A stretch of DNA of 64,000 bases from Rebecca billardiae RCC1528 (GCA_965240325.2 OZ251225.1:1674001-1738000); one strand, 5' to 3'. Positions 45,110 to 56,667 are shown, numbered from the stretch's first letter. The notes: generated by a model not told the origin, from the sequence alone. Made by a program: numbers and translations.

Positions 45110-45873
45110 GCGTGCCGAGGCGGCCCGGGACCGCTAACACTGAACAAATAACAGTCACCGTACCCGCTGTCCGTACCCGGTCCCGATCATCCGACTCCGA
45201 GTCAGGGTCCGGCCGACGACGGACGAGTCATCGTGACGACACGCACGCGGCGGCGCGGCCGGTCCCGACTGACCGACAGAATCACAGTGATCTAAGTGCG
45301 CGCGACGCTACAATTATTACATGACTACCGCGTAGTTCCGCGGTCCTTTTCCGTAGAACGAACGTAGTTCGGGGCCCGCGGTGGCGGTGCACCCTCCGTC
45401 GCAGTCGTCTATTGACAGACCAGTTGCATGCCCGTACAACTAGACTCCAGCGGCGCGCCGCTGCGCCCCGGCGCCGGCGCCGCGGGCGCGGGCCCATCGC
45501 AGCCGCCGGCGCGGCGCCCGGATCATCGTCATCTTTTCGGACCACGGCTCGACGGTCTTCACAGCAACGCGGCCGCCCGGCCGCCGGCGGCCATCGACGA
45601 CAATGTCAACAGCTCCAACGCCAGAAGCTTGGCGAGGGGGGTGGGGACTCAACCCGACCGGCGGGACCCGTTGGCAGCGTCTCGTGGAGCCTGATGCCGC
45701 TCTTGGTCACGATCGATTGTCGGTGATGATGTATGTCCAGAGCCCTGCAGGCAGAGTTGCACCCAAGCCCGTTGTGGGCCTTGGGGATCTTTGCCTGCAG
45801 TGAAAGGACACGCACCACAATCGTCTGCCGAGGAGCATTCCCGTCGGGTCGCGTACGCACACGCCGTGCTCGC

Positions 45874-46287
45874 TCACTCAAGCGGGTTGAGAACGAGACG
45901 CACGAGCTGCCCATCGCGCTCAAGGACCTGCGTGACCATTGAGACCTGGAGAATCTCTGCGTCGCCGTCTAAGAGAGTGAGAAGCAGGAGGCCAACGTTG
46001 AGCACCACGGCTCTGCTCAGGTTCGCGACGCCGATATCGTCGATCGTGTATTCAAACTGATGTGCACCAGCTACAAGTGGAGCGCTCTCTGTGTCAGCAA
46101 TCTCGACGACATGCCGCTTGTGCGCGTGGTCTGCGACGTAGCGCAGCTGCCAGCGTGCGGACGCGAGCGCCGCATCGATCTCATACTCCATCCGCACCGT
46201 CACCGGCGCCTCGATCGGCGCGAGCTCGCTCGGTTCGAGCGCGATCGACTTGACATTCACTCTCGGCGTCGGCTGGTCCGCCGCCAT
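45874..46287 (-). CDS. Short divergent ASF1-like histone chaperone fold protein
   Basis: Pattern V..I.L.P..API..P...W.L.YV...P..AG.H.F...VGLLLLT...EILQV parallels the ASF1 core; the C-terminus is truncated. Confidence 0.65.
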   Translation of the reverse strand: MAADQPTPRVNVKSIALEPSELAPIEAPVTVRMEYEIDAALASARWQLRYVADHAHKRHVVEIADTESAPLVAGAHQFEYTIDDIGVANLSRAVVLNVGLLLLTLLDGDAEILQVSMVTQVLERDGQLVRLVLNPLE

Positions 46288-46364
46288 TGCTGCCGAACCA
46301 ATTCTATTTTATCACCTCGTGCACCGCGAGCTCGGCTTGACCGTCCACGTTGAACGTGCCGGCG

Positions 46365-48551
46365 ATGGCGCGGCCGGTGGCGACGATGGCGCTCGGGTCG
46401 CGCATGGCCCCTCGCAGGCTGACCGCGCTGCTGGCGAGGTCTCAGACGCCGCAGGGCGTGCTCGAGGCCTACGCAGGCCATGAGTCCGGCCCCGTGGACA
46501 GCATCGTGCTCTCGACAGTGTGGTCTCGACTGCGTAAGCTGATGCACAGGTGGCCGTTGCGCGAGCGACGCGCGTTCCTCGCCGAGCACGCGGACGTGGT
46601 GCAGGGCGTCGCGACGCGCACACTCGAGCGGCTGCCGCAGCTCGAGGGCCGAGCGCTGGCCAATGTGGCCCACGCTAGCTCGGGCCTCACGCCCGAGCTC
46701 GGACGGCAGATGCTGCCAGCGATCGCGCCGTTCGCCGCGGACCAGATGGTCAAGCTGACGGCGCAGGGTGTGTGCAACATGCTGTGGGCGTACGCGAGCC
46801 CGCCGCCGCAGGAAGACGTGCAGGCGCCGGGCTGGTCGCAGGCCGCGGCTCACGCCGAGCACGCCGCGCCGTCGGATGCCGCCGACGCCATGCCCGACGC
46901 CGCGCAGCAGCCGCACCCGGCGCAACAGCCCACAGCCGCGCTCTGCGGCCCGCGCGAGGTGCGGCTCGTCTTCGACGCCGCGGCCGACCTGCTCACGGCG
47001 GAGCGGCTCGCCATGTACGAGCTGCACGACATCTCGAGCGTCGCCTGGTCCTTCGCCTCCGTCGGCGTGCACGCGCCCACCCTGCTCAGCCGGCTCGCCG
47101 GCGCGGCTGATGCACAGAAGTGCGCGCGCGCGCGTCCACGCCACCTCAGCGTGCTGGCGTGGGCGCTGGCGCACACAGGGACGGCGGATGCGGCCGCGTT
47201 CGAGCGTATCGGCGGCGCGCTCGTCGGCGGCGTGGCGTCCCTCAGCGACCGCGAGCTCTCGACCGCCGCCTGGGCGTTCGCGCACGTGCACGCCTGCGCG
47301 CCGCGGCTGCTCGCCGCCATGAGCGCGGAGGTGGAGCGGCGCGCGCGCGCCCGTGTGATCGAGCCGCAGGCGGTGGCGATCACGCTGTGGGGGCTCGCGT
47401 CGTGCGGGCACACGCCGCGCCTGCCGTACGAGACGGCTGCCGCGGCGGCCGCCGCAGAGCTCCACCGCTTCGGCGACCGCGAGCTCGCCACGCTCATGTG
47501 GGCTCTGGCGCGCGCGGGGCAGGGCTGCGCGTCCAAGCTCGTGCTCGCCATGGACTCGGGGCTGTCGGCCGAGGAGCTCGGCCGGTTCTCCCCGCGCCAC
47601 CTGTGCACGCTGACGTGGGCGCTGTGCGTGCTGGGCGAGGTGGGCCGCGCGCCGGCGCTGATGGAGCGGCTCGTGCGCGCCGCGAACGCGCTGCCGCTCG
47701 CCAGCCTCTCCGAGAAGGACCGCGCCTGCCTGCACCAGGCGAGCCTCACCCTCCGGTACGAATATCCGGACATTCGGCTTCAGCTCCGGGCGGACCTGGG
47801 CGCGGGGCGCGCGATGCACGCCGAGCCGGGCGAGGGCGCGCACGCGCGCGCGCACGAGCCGCCCGAGCCGCTCCTGCCCAGCCTCTCCATGCCCGCCGCG
47901 CTCGGCGCCGTCCTGCCCACGCCGACCCAGCCACGCCGCGCCGAGACGGCGGTCAGGCCGCAGCAGCGGCGCGCGGCTCGCACGCGGCGCGCGGCCGAGC
48001 ATGTCTCCAATATGCATGCGGACGTGTCCGCGGCGCTCAGCGAGCTGGGCATCGCGCACGTGAACCGGCTGGCGCTCCCTGGGCTCGGGTACTGCATCGA
48101 CATCGCGCTCGCCGACACCAACGTGGCCGTCGAGGTCGCCGGACCCCACCACTACACGAAGACGGGCGTCGACGGCTCGCACCGCCAGCTGCTCACCGCG
48201 ACGCAGATGAAGTGCCGCCACCTGCAGGCGGCAGGCTGGCGGGTGGTGCTGCTGCCGCACTTTGAGATCGAGCAGTGCACGGCCGCGCGTGCGGGGGGGC
48301 CGCGCCACCGCGGCGCTTCGGGCAGGTCGGAGACCCTGCAGCGCTACCTGCGCGCCAAGATCGCGAGCTGCGTGCAAGGCGCGCTCGGGCCGGAAGCGAA
48401 CGAGGTGCTGCCCCGGGGCCGACAGCGCACCACTGCGGCTGTGACGCCGCCCACAGACGCGGCAGTCTCTGGCAGGGGCAGCGCGGTGGCGTCATCATCA
48501 GGCGGGCAATCTGCTGATGAGACAACTACTGCTTCCACCAAGTCGTACTAG
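46365..48551 (+). CDS. OPR/FASTK-like helical repeat protein with RAP domain (organellar RNA processing)
   Basis: About 8 repeats of the LS..AWA.A type; IDIAL...VAVEVAGPHHY...K.RHL.AAGW.V..LP RAP motif. Confidence 0.88.
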   Translation: MARPVATMALGSRMAPRRLTALLARSQTPQGVLEAYAGHESGPVDSIVLSTVWSRLRKLMHRWPLRERRAFLAEHADVVQGVATRTLERLPQLEGRALANVAHASSGLTPELGRQMLPAIAPFAADQMVKLTAQGVCNMLWAYASPPPQEDVQAPGWSQAAAHAEHAAPSDAADAMPDAAQQPHPAQQPTAALCGPREVRLVFDAAADLLTAERLAMYELHDISSVAWSFASVGVHAPTLLSRLAGAADAQKCARARPRHLSVLAWALAHTGTADAAAFERIGGALVGGVASLSDRELSTAAWAFAHVHACAPRLLAAMSAEVERRARARVIEPQAVAITLWGLASCGHTPRLPYETAAAAAAAELHRFGDRELATLMWALARAGQGCASKLVLAMDSGLSAEELGRFSPRHLCTLTWALCVLGEVGRAPALMERLVRAANALPLASLSEKDRACLHQASLTLRYEYPDIRLQLRADLGAGRAMHAEPGEGAHARAHEPPEPLLPSLSMPAALGAVLPTPTQPRRAETAVRPQQRRAARTRRAAEHVSNMHADVSAALSELGIAHVNRLALPGLGYCIDIALADTNVAVEVAGPHHYTKTGVDGSHRQLLTATQMKCRHLQAAGWRVVLLPHFEIEQCTAARAGGPRHRGASGRSETLQRYLRAKIASCVQGALGPEANEVLPRGRQRTTAAVTPPTDAAVSGRGSAVASSSGGQSADETTTASTKSY

Positions 48552-48736
48552 TCTGCGACCGGGCCGACTACGGGTCACTCAAACCGGGTAAATGACTCAA
48601 ACCGTTCAGGAATCAGGGTGAGGGACGACCGTTCACGTTGCTGTTTATTTTTTTATATATATTTGATTTTGTTATTATGGCCCGCGGTGCAGGGCGGAGC
48701 GCGCAGCGTGGAGCCCGCACCAGCGGGCCCGAACCA

Positions 48737-48848
48737 CGTTTCAAAAAGATCTTTGATCAAGAAAAAAGGGACGGGGGGCGGCGGAAAAAAGGGACGGGGG
48801 GCGATTTTTAGGGCTGGCGGAGACCGAGTTTCGAGTTTTTGAGATCGC
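48737..48848 (-). repeat. Dispersed repeat, inverted partner of 38110-38225
   Basis: See the 38110 entry; this copy has an internal duplication of AAAAAAGGGACGGGGGCG. Confidence 0.8.
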
Positions 48849-49889
48849 ATTGAGAGGTCTATCAGGCCAAAAAAAACCGCGCCCAGCTGATTCCCTTAAG
48901 TAAAGTGCGATCTGGACGTCAGCTGGACGTGACATTAGTGTAACGGTTCGTTACGAGCGAATCGTACTCGTCTTCCCGGATCGCGTGACGTCCGGACTGG
49001 GCCACATCCGGATCGTCGGAGGTGACGTGCCCCGGCACGATGGGCGATGGCGGATATGCGGGACGGCGCCTGCACGTGCCTCCGGACCCGCCTCCCGCTT
49101 GCTGCTCACGCAGTCAGCTGCGACCGTGGCGCATGATCGCAGAAGCAGTGCCGGCAGTACGGCCTGCATCAGCTAGTGCCGCGCCGTCGTGGCGCGCGCG
49201 GTACGGTTGCGCGTTTGCAGCGCTCGCCGCTCGGCGACGGCACGCGCGTGCGGCTCAGGTGTGTCAAATGCGGTCTCGTCGGCGCGCTTTCGCCTGCCAC
49301 CTCGTGCACCCGTGCCGCCAGTTTCATCGTCTTCATGAGGACTGCTGCTGCTGTCGCCATCCGCTCTCCATCACCCCGAGTCGCCGGTCGCGCGGCGCGC
49401 GCGGTAGGCACTAGGCAGGGCGTACGGTCACTCACCCGTGCAAAGGGTCAAGTGGCCAGAGTACGTCTGGTCGTTGGCTGGCACGGGCCGCAGCGCTAAA
49501 GCACCCTGCTGTCACACCCGACTCCTTCAGTACTCCGAGCTCCGCGGCACGACTCACTCGGCACGATCGCGGACGGGTCGGATCCGAGCTGATCAGCCAG
49601 AGTTGGACACAGTTTGGCAGCTACTAGTAGTAATTCCGATGCCGATGGCACGATCGCGGACGGGTCGGATCCGAGCTGATCAGCCAGTTGGACATTTGGC
49701 AGCTAGTTGTCAGACGGACGTCCGATTTGACGACCGGTGCCGGGTGCGGTCTCAGGTCCGCTGCTGTGCTGATTGTGTGAAGTGTACGAATGAGTCTCGC
49801 GGTCGCGCAGGCAGGGCGACGGTCGGACTAATATAGCTTCAGTCATCTCAGAACCGACTTCAACTGGCGAACTGCCACTACGGCGGAGA

Positions 49890-50401
49890 GCCGCGATTGC
49901 ACGGCCACCGCGGGCCCCCAACTGCGTTGATTCTATGCAGAAAAGGACCGCGGAACGCGGTCATATATATACTGTCTGCTCGCTGTTGTAACGACGACGC
50001 AATAAATGATGTCGTCGTACCATCGATCATCGATCATATATCAATTGCTGCTGATCGAACAACCGCGCGCTTGTCAAATGTGATGATGACGATGCGTCAT
50101 CATTAATATGCGCGCGCTGCCTCAGCGCGCAGCAGACTAGCAGAGGCCGCGATTGCACGGCCACCGCGGGCCCCCAACTGCGTTGATTCTATGCAGAAAA
50201 GGACCGCGGAACGCGGTCATATATATACTGTCTGCTCGCTGTTGTAACGACGACGCAATAAATGATGTCGTCGTACCATCGATCATCGATCATATATCAA
50301 TTGCTGCTGATCGAACAACCGCGCGCTTGTCAAATGTGATGATGACGATGCGTCATCATTAATATGCGCGCGCTGCCTCAGCGCGCAGCAGACTAGCAGA
50401 G
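49890..50401. repeat. Perfect tandem duplication, 2 x 256 bp
   Basis: Identical copies starting at 49890 and 50146; identical ORFs appear in the track 256 bp apart. Confidence 0.95.
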
Positions 50402-50661
50402 GCTCTCAGTCTCATGCCTGGCATCATGATCAGTCGATCCTCGTTGCTTATTGATTGGCAATTATTAGCTAGCGCGCGAGACCGAGTTTTAATTTAAATA
50501 AATTGATCCGCGCCCGCCGGTCCGCGCCGCCACATCGTCCGGTCGGATCGCGAAGATTCTTAGCAGATTCGGCGAAGATACTGACGGCGATACGACGAAG
50601 ATATCCGACAGGCGGCGGAGACCGTGGCGTCACAAAGCGCTCGATTATTCGGTAATTAGAC

Positions 50662-52388
50662 TCAGCTGACTGCATCCCAATTCGACGCCATCTGCTGCTC
50701 ACTCAAGACCGTAGACGGCTTGGGCGCCCGCGTCTGCGGCGAGGCGCGCGGTGGCATGAGCTCGGGCGTGGCCGCGACTCCCCATCCGCGCGGATGCAAC
50801 TCCATCTGTGACGCACCCTGCGAGCTCTGGCCCTGCTGCACGTGCGCGCGCACCAGGGACAGCCGGGGTAGAGGGACCGGAGGGATGCAGGGCAGGGTGA
50901 GCGCTCAGCGCGGGCGGGTGAGCGCGCGCGCTGCAGCAGAACAACAGGCGTCGCAAGAGCAGCGACCGCGCGCACCGAGGCGCGCGGAGCGCTGCTGCTG
51001 CTCGCTGAGGGCGATGGGTGCTCTGCGAGCTTGGGCTGCGCCTCCGGCTTGCCGCCATCCGCCGCAGCGAGCCCGCTGCCCTCGCTCGCGCCGCCACCGA
51101 GGAGCGTATCCGCGTCCAGACCGAGCTCCGCTGGATTGACCTCGCGGCCGCGCGCATCCATCAGAACGCCGCCAACAACGAAGTAGCCTGCGGCCTCGGC
51201 GCGCCGCGCCGCCGCCGCCGCGCCGCCGCCGCCGCCCCGTATGCTGTGCTTGCTTACGTGCCTCGCGTCCGCTGCCTCAGGCTGCGCATGCTGAGCCCTC
51301 GCGCCGCCAGCGTCGGCAGCACCCCCTCCGCTCGCAGGAGGCGGGCTGCCCTTCCCGAGGACCTGGCGATAGAAATCGAGCTCCCCCGCCTCGGTCACAG
51401 CGACTGCGGTGAGGGCGTCCGGCGGCGCGGGCGCCGAATCGGCCGCCTGTGCGCTCGCCCCACGCCCCGCGTTGGGCGCGGCCGAGGCACCGGCGCCGTC
51501 TACGGCTGGCTTCGGCTTGATGCGTTGCCTCGGCATGTCAATGATCTTGACCACGCGCTGCTGCGGCTCAGCCGCATTCGCCGGCCTGCCCGCCGTCGCC
51601 GGGCGCTCGTCAGCCACGACTTCTGTCGGCTGTGCGCCGCGCTCTGGGGGCTCGTGCGCTGCGCCGTCAGCGTCGCCATCCTCCTGAGGTGCCATGCCGC
51701 GTCCAGCCAGCACCTGGTCGATACCACGCTCCCGGATCTGACTCCCGAGCAGCTCGGCGTAGAAGCCCAGCTCGTCCGCATCCGAGACGCCCGCCACGGG
51801 CGTCAGCTCGAGCGGCCGGGCGCCATCCGAGCCACGGCCCTCGAGCAGCTGCTCAGACAGCTTGGAGCGCCGCGGCTCGGCGGGCAGCAGGGATGCCGAG
51901 TGTGCACCGCCCCAGTCAGCAAGCAGTGAGATGTCATTGTCCACGCCGCCCGTGAGCGCCTCGGGCTCCACCTCCGTGCGCGCGCGCGCGAGCACCGGGA
52001 TGCGCACGCTGTACTTGTGCAGGTGCAGGACGATCTGATCGTCGAGCGGCGCGTCCGACGAGAGCGCATCGAGGGCGGGGGCGAACGCGAGGACGAAGGT
52101 GCGCACAGCGCCGGGCTCGATCTCGTACGCATGCGAGAGCCCGCGCTCCATCTGCACCGGGCTGCCATCGGGGCTGTCCTCAAGCAGCGAGAGCTGTGCC
52201 GAAGCCGGCGCGCGCAGCCGGAACGTCTCGGCGGCGTCACTGGCGTTCTTCACGAGCAGCCGACGGGTGAGCGGCGCAGCATGTTCGTCGTCCTCCGACG
52301 AGCTCGCGTGCGCTGCGTACCGCGAGAAGCAGACGTTCGCGGGGACCGGGTACACGATGCGATCTGTGAGTTGGAGCCGGGTCGACAT
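50662..52388 (-). CDS. Protein with N-terminal ASH/PapD-like Ig domain (possibly ciliary); probable 3' intron 50975..50833/50836
   Basis: P..V.F...RRLLVKN.S....FRL...IEPG....F...F.P...D.I.L......IPV beta-sandwich pattern; phase-0 splice to a terminal exon. Confidence 0.6.
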
Positions 52389-53093
52389 CCTGCCACAACG
52401 GTCCAGTGCAGGCGGCGGCGGGTTCTGGTTAATTTAGCGAAAAAATGGAGCGGAGCTGCGGAGGCCTGCGGCGGGGAATTTGAATTATTCAATACGGTGC
52501 ATTAGCAGGCATTATCTCCGGCGACTGCAGACAGTCAGTGTAGCTACTTAGAAAATGTTCGGCAGACTAAGCTAGCCTGTGACTCCACAGTCAGTCAGTC
52601 AGCAACCTGATCTGCTGACTCAGGCAGCTCCGACTCAGACTCAGCGAAGCCTCCTGAAGAGCTATCGTCGGCGGCCTGACTGCCTGCCCTGAGCACGTGA
52701 ATCAGTAATCACGGGCTCACGGAGCGGCTTGTTCGGCACCCGTTGGCGTTGCGCGGCGCAGCGCGGGGGGCCGCGTCGACCGCTGGGTGGGGCCAACAGT
52801 GGCCCGTGGCACCGCCCGTGCCCGTGGGCGGCTGCAGGGCTGCCGGTGCCACTCTCGTGCGTCACGCGGCCAGCGGCGGGAAGCCGCGGAATGCGCGATC
52901 ACGCGATCATGTGCGAAGTTTGCCCACCGTCGCAAATCGAGGCCAGCTGCTCCCGCCCAGGATACGTCCCTGGGATCACGCCAGAGGATGAAGTGATGAA
53001 GCGATGGAGGAGAAAAACCCAGCCGCGGCCGCGGCCGAGCGCCGCGAGGGCACGGCGCGCGGTCCCGGCCGTCGGAGCCCCGGAGCCGAGCTA

Positions 53094-53807
53094 CTAGCGC
53101 TCGGGGCCGTGCCGGTCTCGCAGGACGCCCCGCGCGTACGTGACCGGCGAGAGGAACTGCTGGAACTGCGCGCCCATTGTCTGCTGCTCGCGGTGCTCCT
53201 CGTTGGCGGCTCGCAGGTCGGCGGCTGTGATGGTCAGCTCGTACAGGCTGCTGTCCGTGTCGAAGCGCCCCGTGATCATCAGCTGCGGCGGGATCTTGAA
53301 CCGCGTGTATATCCGCACAAAGTAATGGTACGTCAGGTACATCCAGCCTGCGAGCGAGAACGACATGAGCAATGCCGGCGGCCACAAGAACATGACCCAC
53401 GCGTAGAGAATGGTGGCGGCATAGAGCGCGATCAGGCCGAGCCCGAAGAAGAAGAACGTGAGCCTATACTCCTCCATCATCTCATCCACTGCCCTGTGCA
53501 TCGCGCCGTCTGGCCCGCGGAGCGCCAGGCCCGGGCCGAGCATCGAGCACAGCATCGAGTTGAGCACGGCGATGAGGTTGAGCCCCATGGCCGTCACCGT
53601 CATGCAGAGATAGGCCGTTTCGAGCGTCTGGTTCACCACGGGCAGGTCAACCATGATCAGCCCCGCGTACGCGAAGCCGGCGAGCCACGCCGCTTGCGCG
53701 CCAATCGACACGCAATTATCCGTGTAGAACATGAGCTCGCGCTCGCGGATGAGGAGCAGGTGGAGCTTGAGGTTCTGCTCCAGCGCACGCTTGTCCGCAT
53801 GCAGCAT
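53094..53807 (-). CDS. Orai/CRAC-like four-TM channel protein
   Basis: TM1 QAAWLAGFAYAGLIMV aligns with Orai TSALLSGFAMVAMVEV; four hydrophobic helices. Confidence 0.65.
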   Translation of the reverse strand: MLHADKRALEQNLKLHLLLIRERELMFYTDNCVSIGAQAAWLAGFAYAGLIMVDLPVVNQTLETAYLCMTVTAMGLNLIAVLNSMLCSMLGPGLALRGPDGAMHRAVDEMMEEYRLTFFFFGLGLIALYAATILYAWVMFLWPPALLMSFSLAGWMYLTYHYFVRIYTRFKIPPQLMITGRFDTDSSLYELTITAADLRAANEEHREQQTMGAQFQQFLSPVTYARGVLRDRHGPER

Positions 53808-54021
53808 CGCGGCGGGTCGCGCCCCTTCCCTGGACCCAGGGAAGGGCGCGTGCAGAGAGCGGCGTGTTGGGCGCCTGCAAAAAGAGAGGCGCCCTCGCCC
53901 AGGCTCAAACGAGCCCGTTCGTCATCGAGCAGGCAGAAATTGGGCCCGGAGTCCCGGACCAGCGCGAAAAGCAGTGGTCCGGCCCACGCAAGGCCTCCCG
54001 GACCCGTCATCGATCGAGACG

Positions 54022-56335
54022 ATGCGGGGCATCATCGTCACCGCCTGCGCGCTGCTCATCATCGGCGGCGCACAGGGGCGCGACGGCGGCAGTGGCAACG
54101 CGCCCGGGACGCCCACGCCGACCCAGCCCATCCTCGTCGTCGGCTCGCTCAACGCTGACGTGATCATCGAGGTTGACCGCCTGCCGCGCTCCGGCGAGAC
54201 GCTGGTCTCGCGCGATCCGAACACGGGCCGCGTCGTGCCGGGCGGCAAGGGGTGCAACCAGGCGGTGGCGGCGGCCAGGCTGGGCGCGAGCGGCGCGCGT
54301 TTTGTCTGCCAGTTCGGTGACGACGCCCACGCCGCGATGCTCGAGCGAGCGCTCATCGACGCGGGCGTGGACTTGTCTGCGTGCCAGCGGTGCGAGGGCG
54401 TGCCCTCCGGACAGGGGTACGTGCTCCTCGAGCCGGACGGCACGGTGAGCTCTGTCGTCGTGGGCGGCTCGAACGCGGCGTGGCCGCCAATGGACCCCAG
54501 CGCGTGCGCCGAGCTCGTGCGCGGCGCGTCGTGCGTCCTCCTCCAGCGCGAGGTCCCGGAGCGCGTGAACGAGGCCTTGGCGAGCGCGGCGCGGGCCGCG
54601 GGCGTGCCCGTCGTGCAGGACGTGGGCGGCGAGGATCGGCCGCTCTCGGACGCGCACCTGACGAACTGCGACGTGCTCGCGCCCAACGAGTCCGAGCTGC
54701 AGCGTCTCTCCGGCGCGCCCGCGCGCACCCGCGACGAGGTGATTGCCGCCGCGCGCGCGCTGCAGGCGCGCGGCGCGCGCTGCGTGCTCGTCACCCTGGG
54801 AGCGGCGGGCTCGCTCCTGCTCACGGCGGCGGGCGAGGTGCTCGAGCAGCCCGCCGCGCCCGTACCCGGCGGCAAGGTCGTCGACGCCACTGGCGCCGGC
54901 GACTGCTACCGCGTCGCCTTCGCCACCGCCCTCGTCGAGGGCCGGCCGTGGCGCGAGTGCATGCAGTTTGGTGCCGCGGCGGGCGCGCTCGCGGTCTCGC
55001 GCCTCGGCGCCGTGCCGTCCATCCCGGCGCGGGCGGAGGTGGACGCGCTGCGCAAGAGCGCGTTCGGTGGCGCAGGCGCGCGGGGCGGCGCGCACGCGCC
55101 CGCGGACGCGCCCGCCGCCGCGCTGCGTGGCGGCAGCAGCGGCGCGGCCGCCGACGGCCCCTCGGCTGTGCAGGCAGCGCCCATTCTGGCCGAGTGCCCT
55201 CTGGAGTTCGGCTCGAGGCTCAACTCGATGAAGGACCGGCCGGAGCTGTGGTCGGGCGAGGGCGGCGTGCTGGGCTGGGTGGCGCGGCAGGGCACGGCGC
55301 GCGGCCTGGGCCTCGTCGACTTCAACTACCCGCAGCACCTCGACGGGCTCAGCCACGAGCAGGTGCGCGACGCGCTCTCAAAGGCCGGCCTCCGCGCCGG
55401 TGCCGTCTGCCTCCGCTTCCCAAAGTCGATGCAGCTCGGGGCGTACACGCACCCGGACAAGGCCGTGCGCGACCGCGCGATCCAGCTGACCATCGAGGCG
55501 GGCGAGTGGGCGCGCGCGCTCGGCGCGAAGGAGGTCGTCGTCTGGAGGTGAGCTGGCGCGCGCACCCCTTCCGCCACACCCAGCCCGCCGCCCGCTCGCG
55601 CGCGCTGCGCTTTGGTCGGGGCTGAGCGCGCGCCGCCCCCGACCTTTCGCGCGCGCTCCCGCGCGCGCCGCGACGCACAGCGCGTACGACGGGTACGACT
55701 ACTCGCTGCAGGTGGACCACACGGTGCTCTGGGACCGCGAGATCGACGCGTACCGCCGCGTGTGCGACGCGCTGCCAGACATCAAGGTCTCGCTCGAGTA
55801 CAAGCCGACCGATGAGAACACGCGCTTCTTCGCCGTGCCGAGCACCGGCGCGGCGCTGCTGCTCGCGCTGCAGGTGCAGCGGCCGAACATGGGGCTCACG
55901 CTGGACGTGGGGCACTGCCTCGCCGCGGGCGAGAACCCCGCGCAGTCCGTCGCGCTCGTCGGCCGCGCGGGCAAGCTCTTCGGCATCCAGCTCAACGACG
56001 GGTACACGCGGCTGGGCGCCGAGGACGGGCTCATGTTCGGCTCGGTGCACCCGCTGATGGCGCTCGAGCTGGTGTACTGGCTGCAGGAGGTGGGGTTCGA
56101 CGGGCACTGCTACTTCGACACGTTCCCGCGCAACGAGGACCCGGTGCGCGAGGCCGAGTACAACGTGCGCCGGTTCAAGCAGCTCTGGGCCAAGGCGCTC
56201 GCGCTGCGCAGCGCTGGGATCGCCGAGCGCATGCGCACCCACGACGCGCTCGGCGCGCTCGAGATGCTCGAGCGCATGGACGGCTCGGAGGCGCCCTCGG
56301 ACGGCTCCACGGGCGGGAGTGGCCCTGGCCGATAG
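54022..56335 (+). CDS. Signal-peptide PfkB ribokinase fused to a xylose-isomerase-like TIM barrel, 2 exons (intron 55548..55680)
   Basis: GSLNAD, GGKGCNQA, PNESE, VTLG and DATGAGD; then DGYDY, EYKP, DVGH, LND and DTFP. The frame is continuous across the linker. Confidence 0.9.
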
Positions 56336-56666
56336 GCTGCGCATGGCTGCCACGCGCCGCTCACGGAGGCGAAGTGCTGCTGCCGATCATGGGGCCGCGA
56401 TCAGCGCTGTGGCCTGTGCGGCAGCGTCACGCACCGTGCCGCGCTGGTCACCGTTGGTGGGCAGGCCGTTCGGCGCCCCGCGCGGCGGCCCGTGAGCCTG
56501 GGTCTGGCATGCAGCCGGCAGTGATGTCACTGTCACTGACATCGGCAATACTGTAATGATCAGTACTCACTGTCTGACCTGGACGAAAGGCGCGGACGCA
56601 TTCTATGTGTCTGTTGCACTCTGAGCGGTCTGAGCCTGACGCTTGTCCGATGCTGCCACGTCGTTA

Positions 56667-56667
56667 A

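Noticed and set aside
45723-45810. Box C (GTGATGA), suggesting a snoRNA
   Set aside because: No box D (CTGA) at a suitable distance, and TGATGA is common in these spacers.
48951-49435. Coding-like minus-strand fragments (MATAAAVLMKTMKL..., MQAVLPALLL...)
   Set aside because: No recognisable domain or complete gene model.
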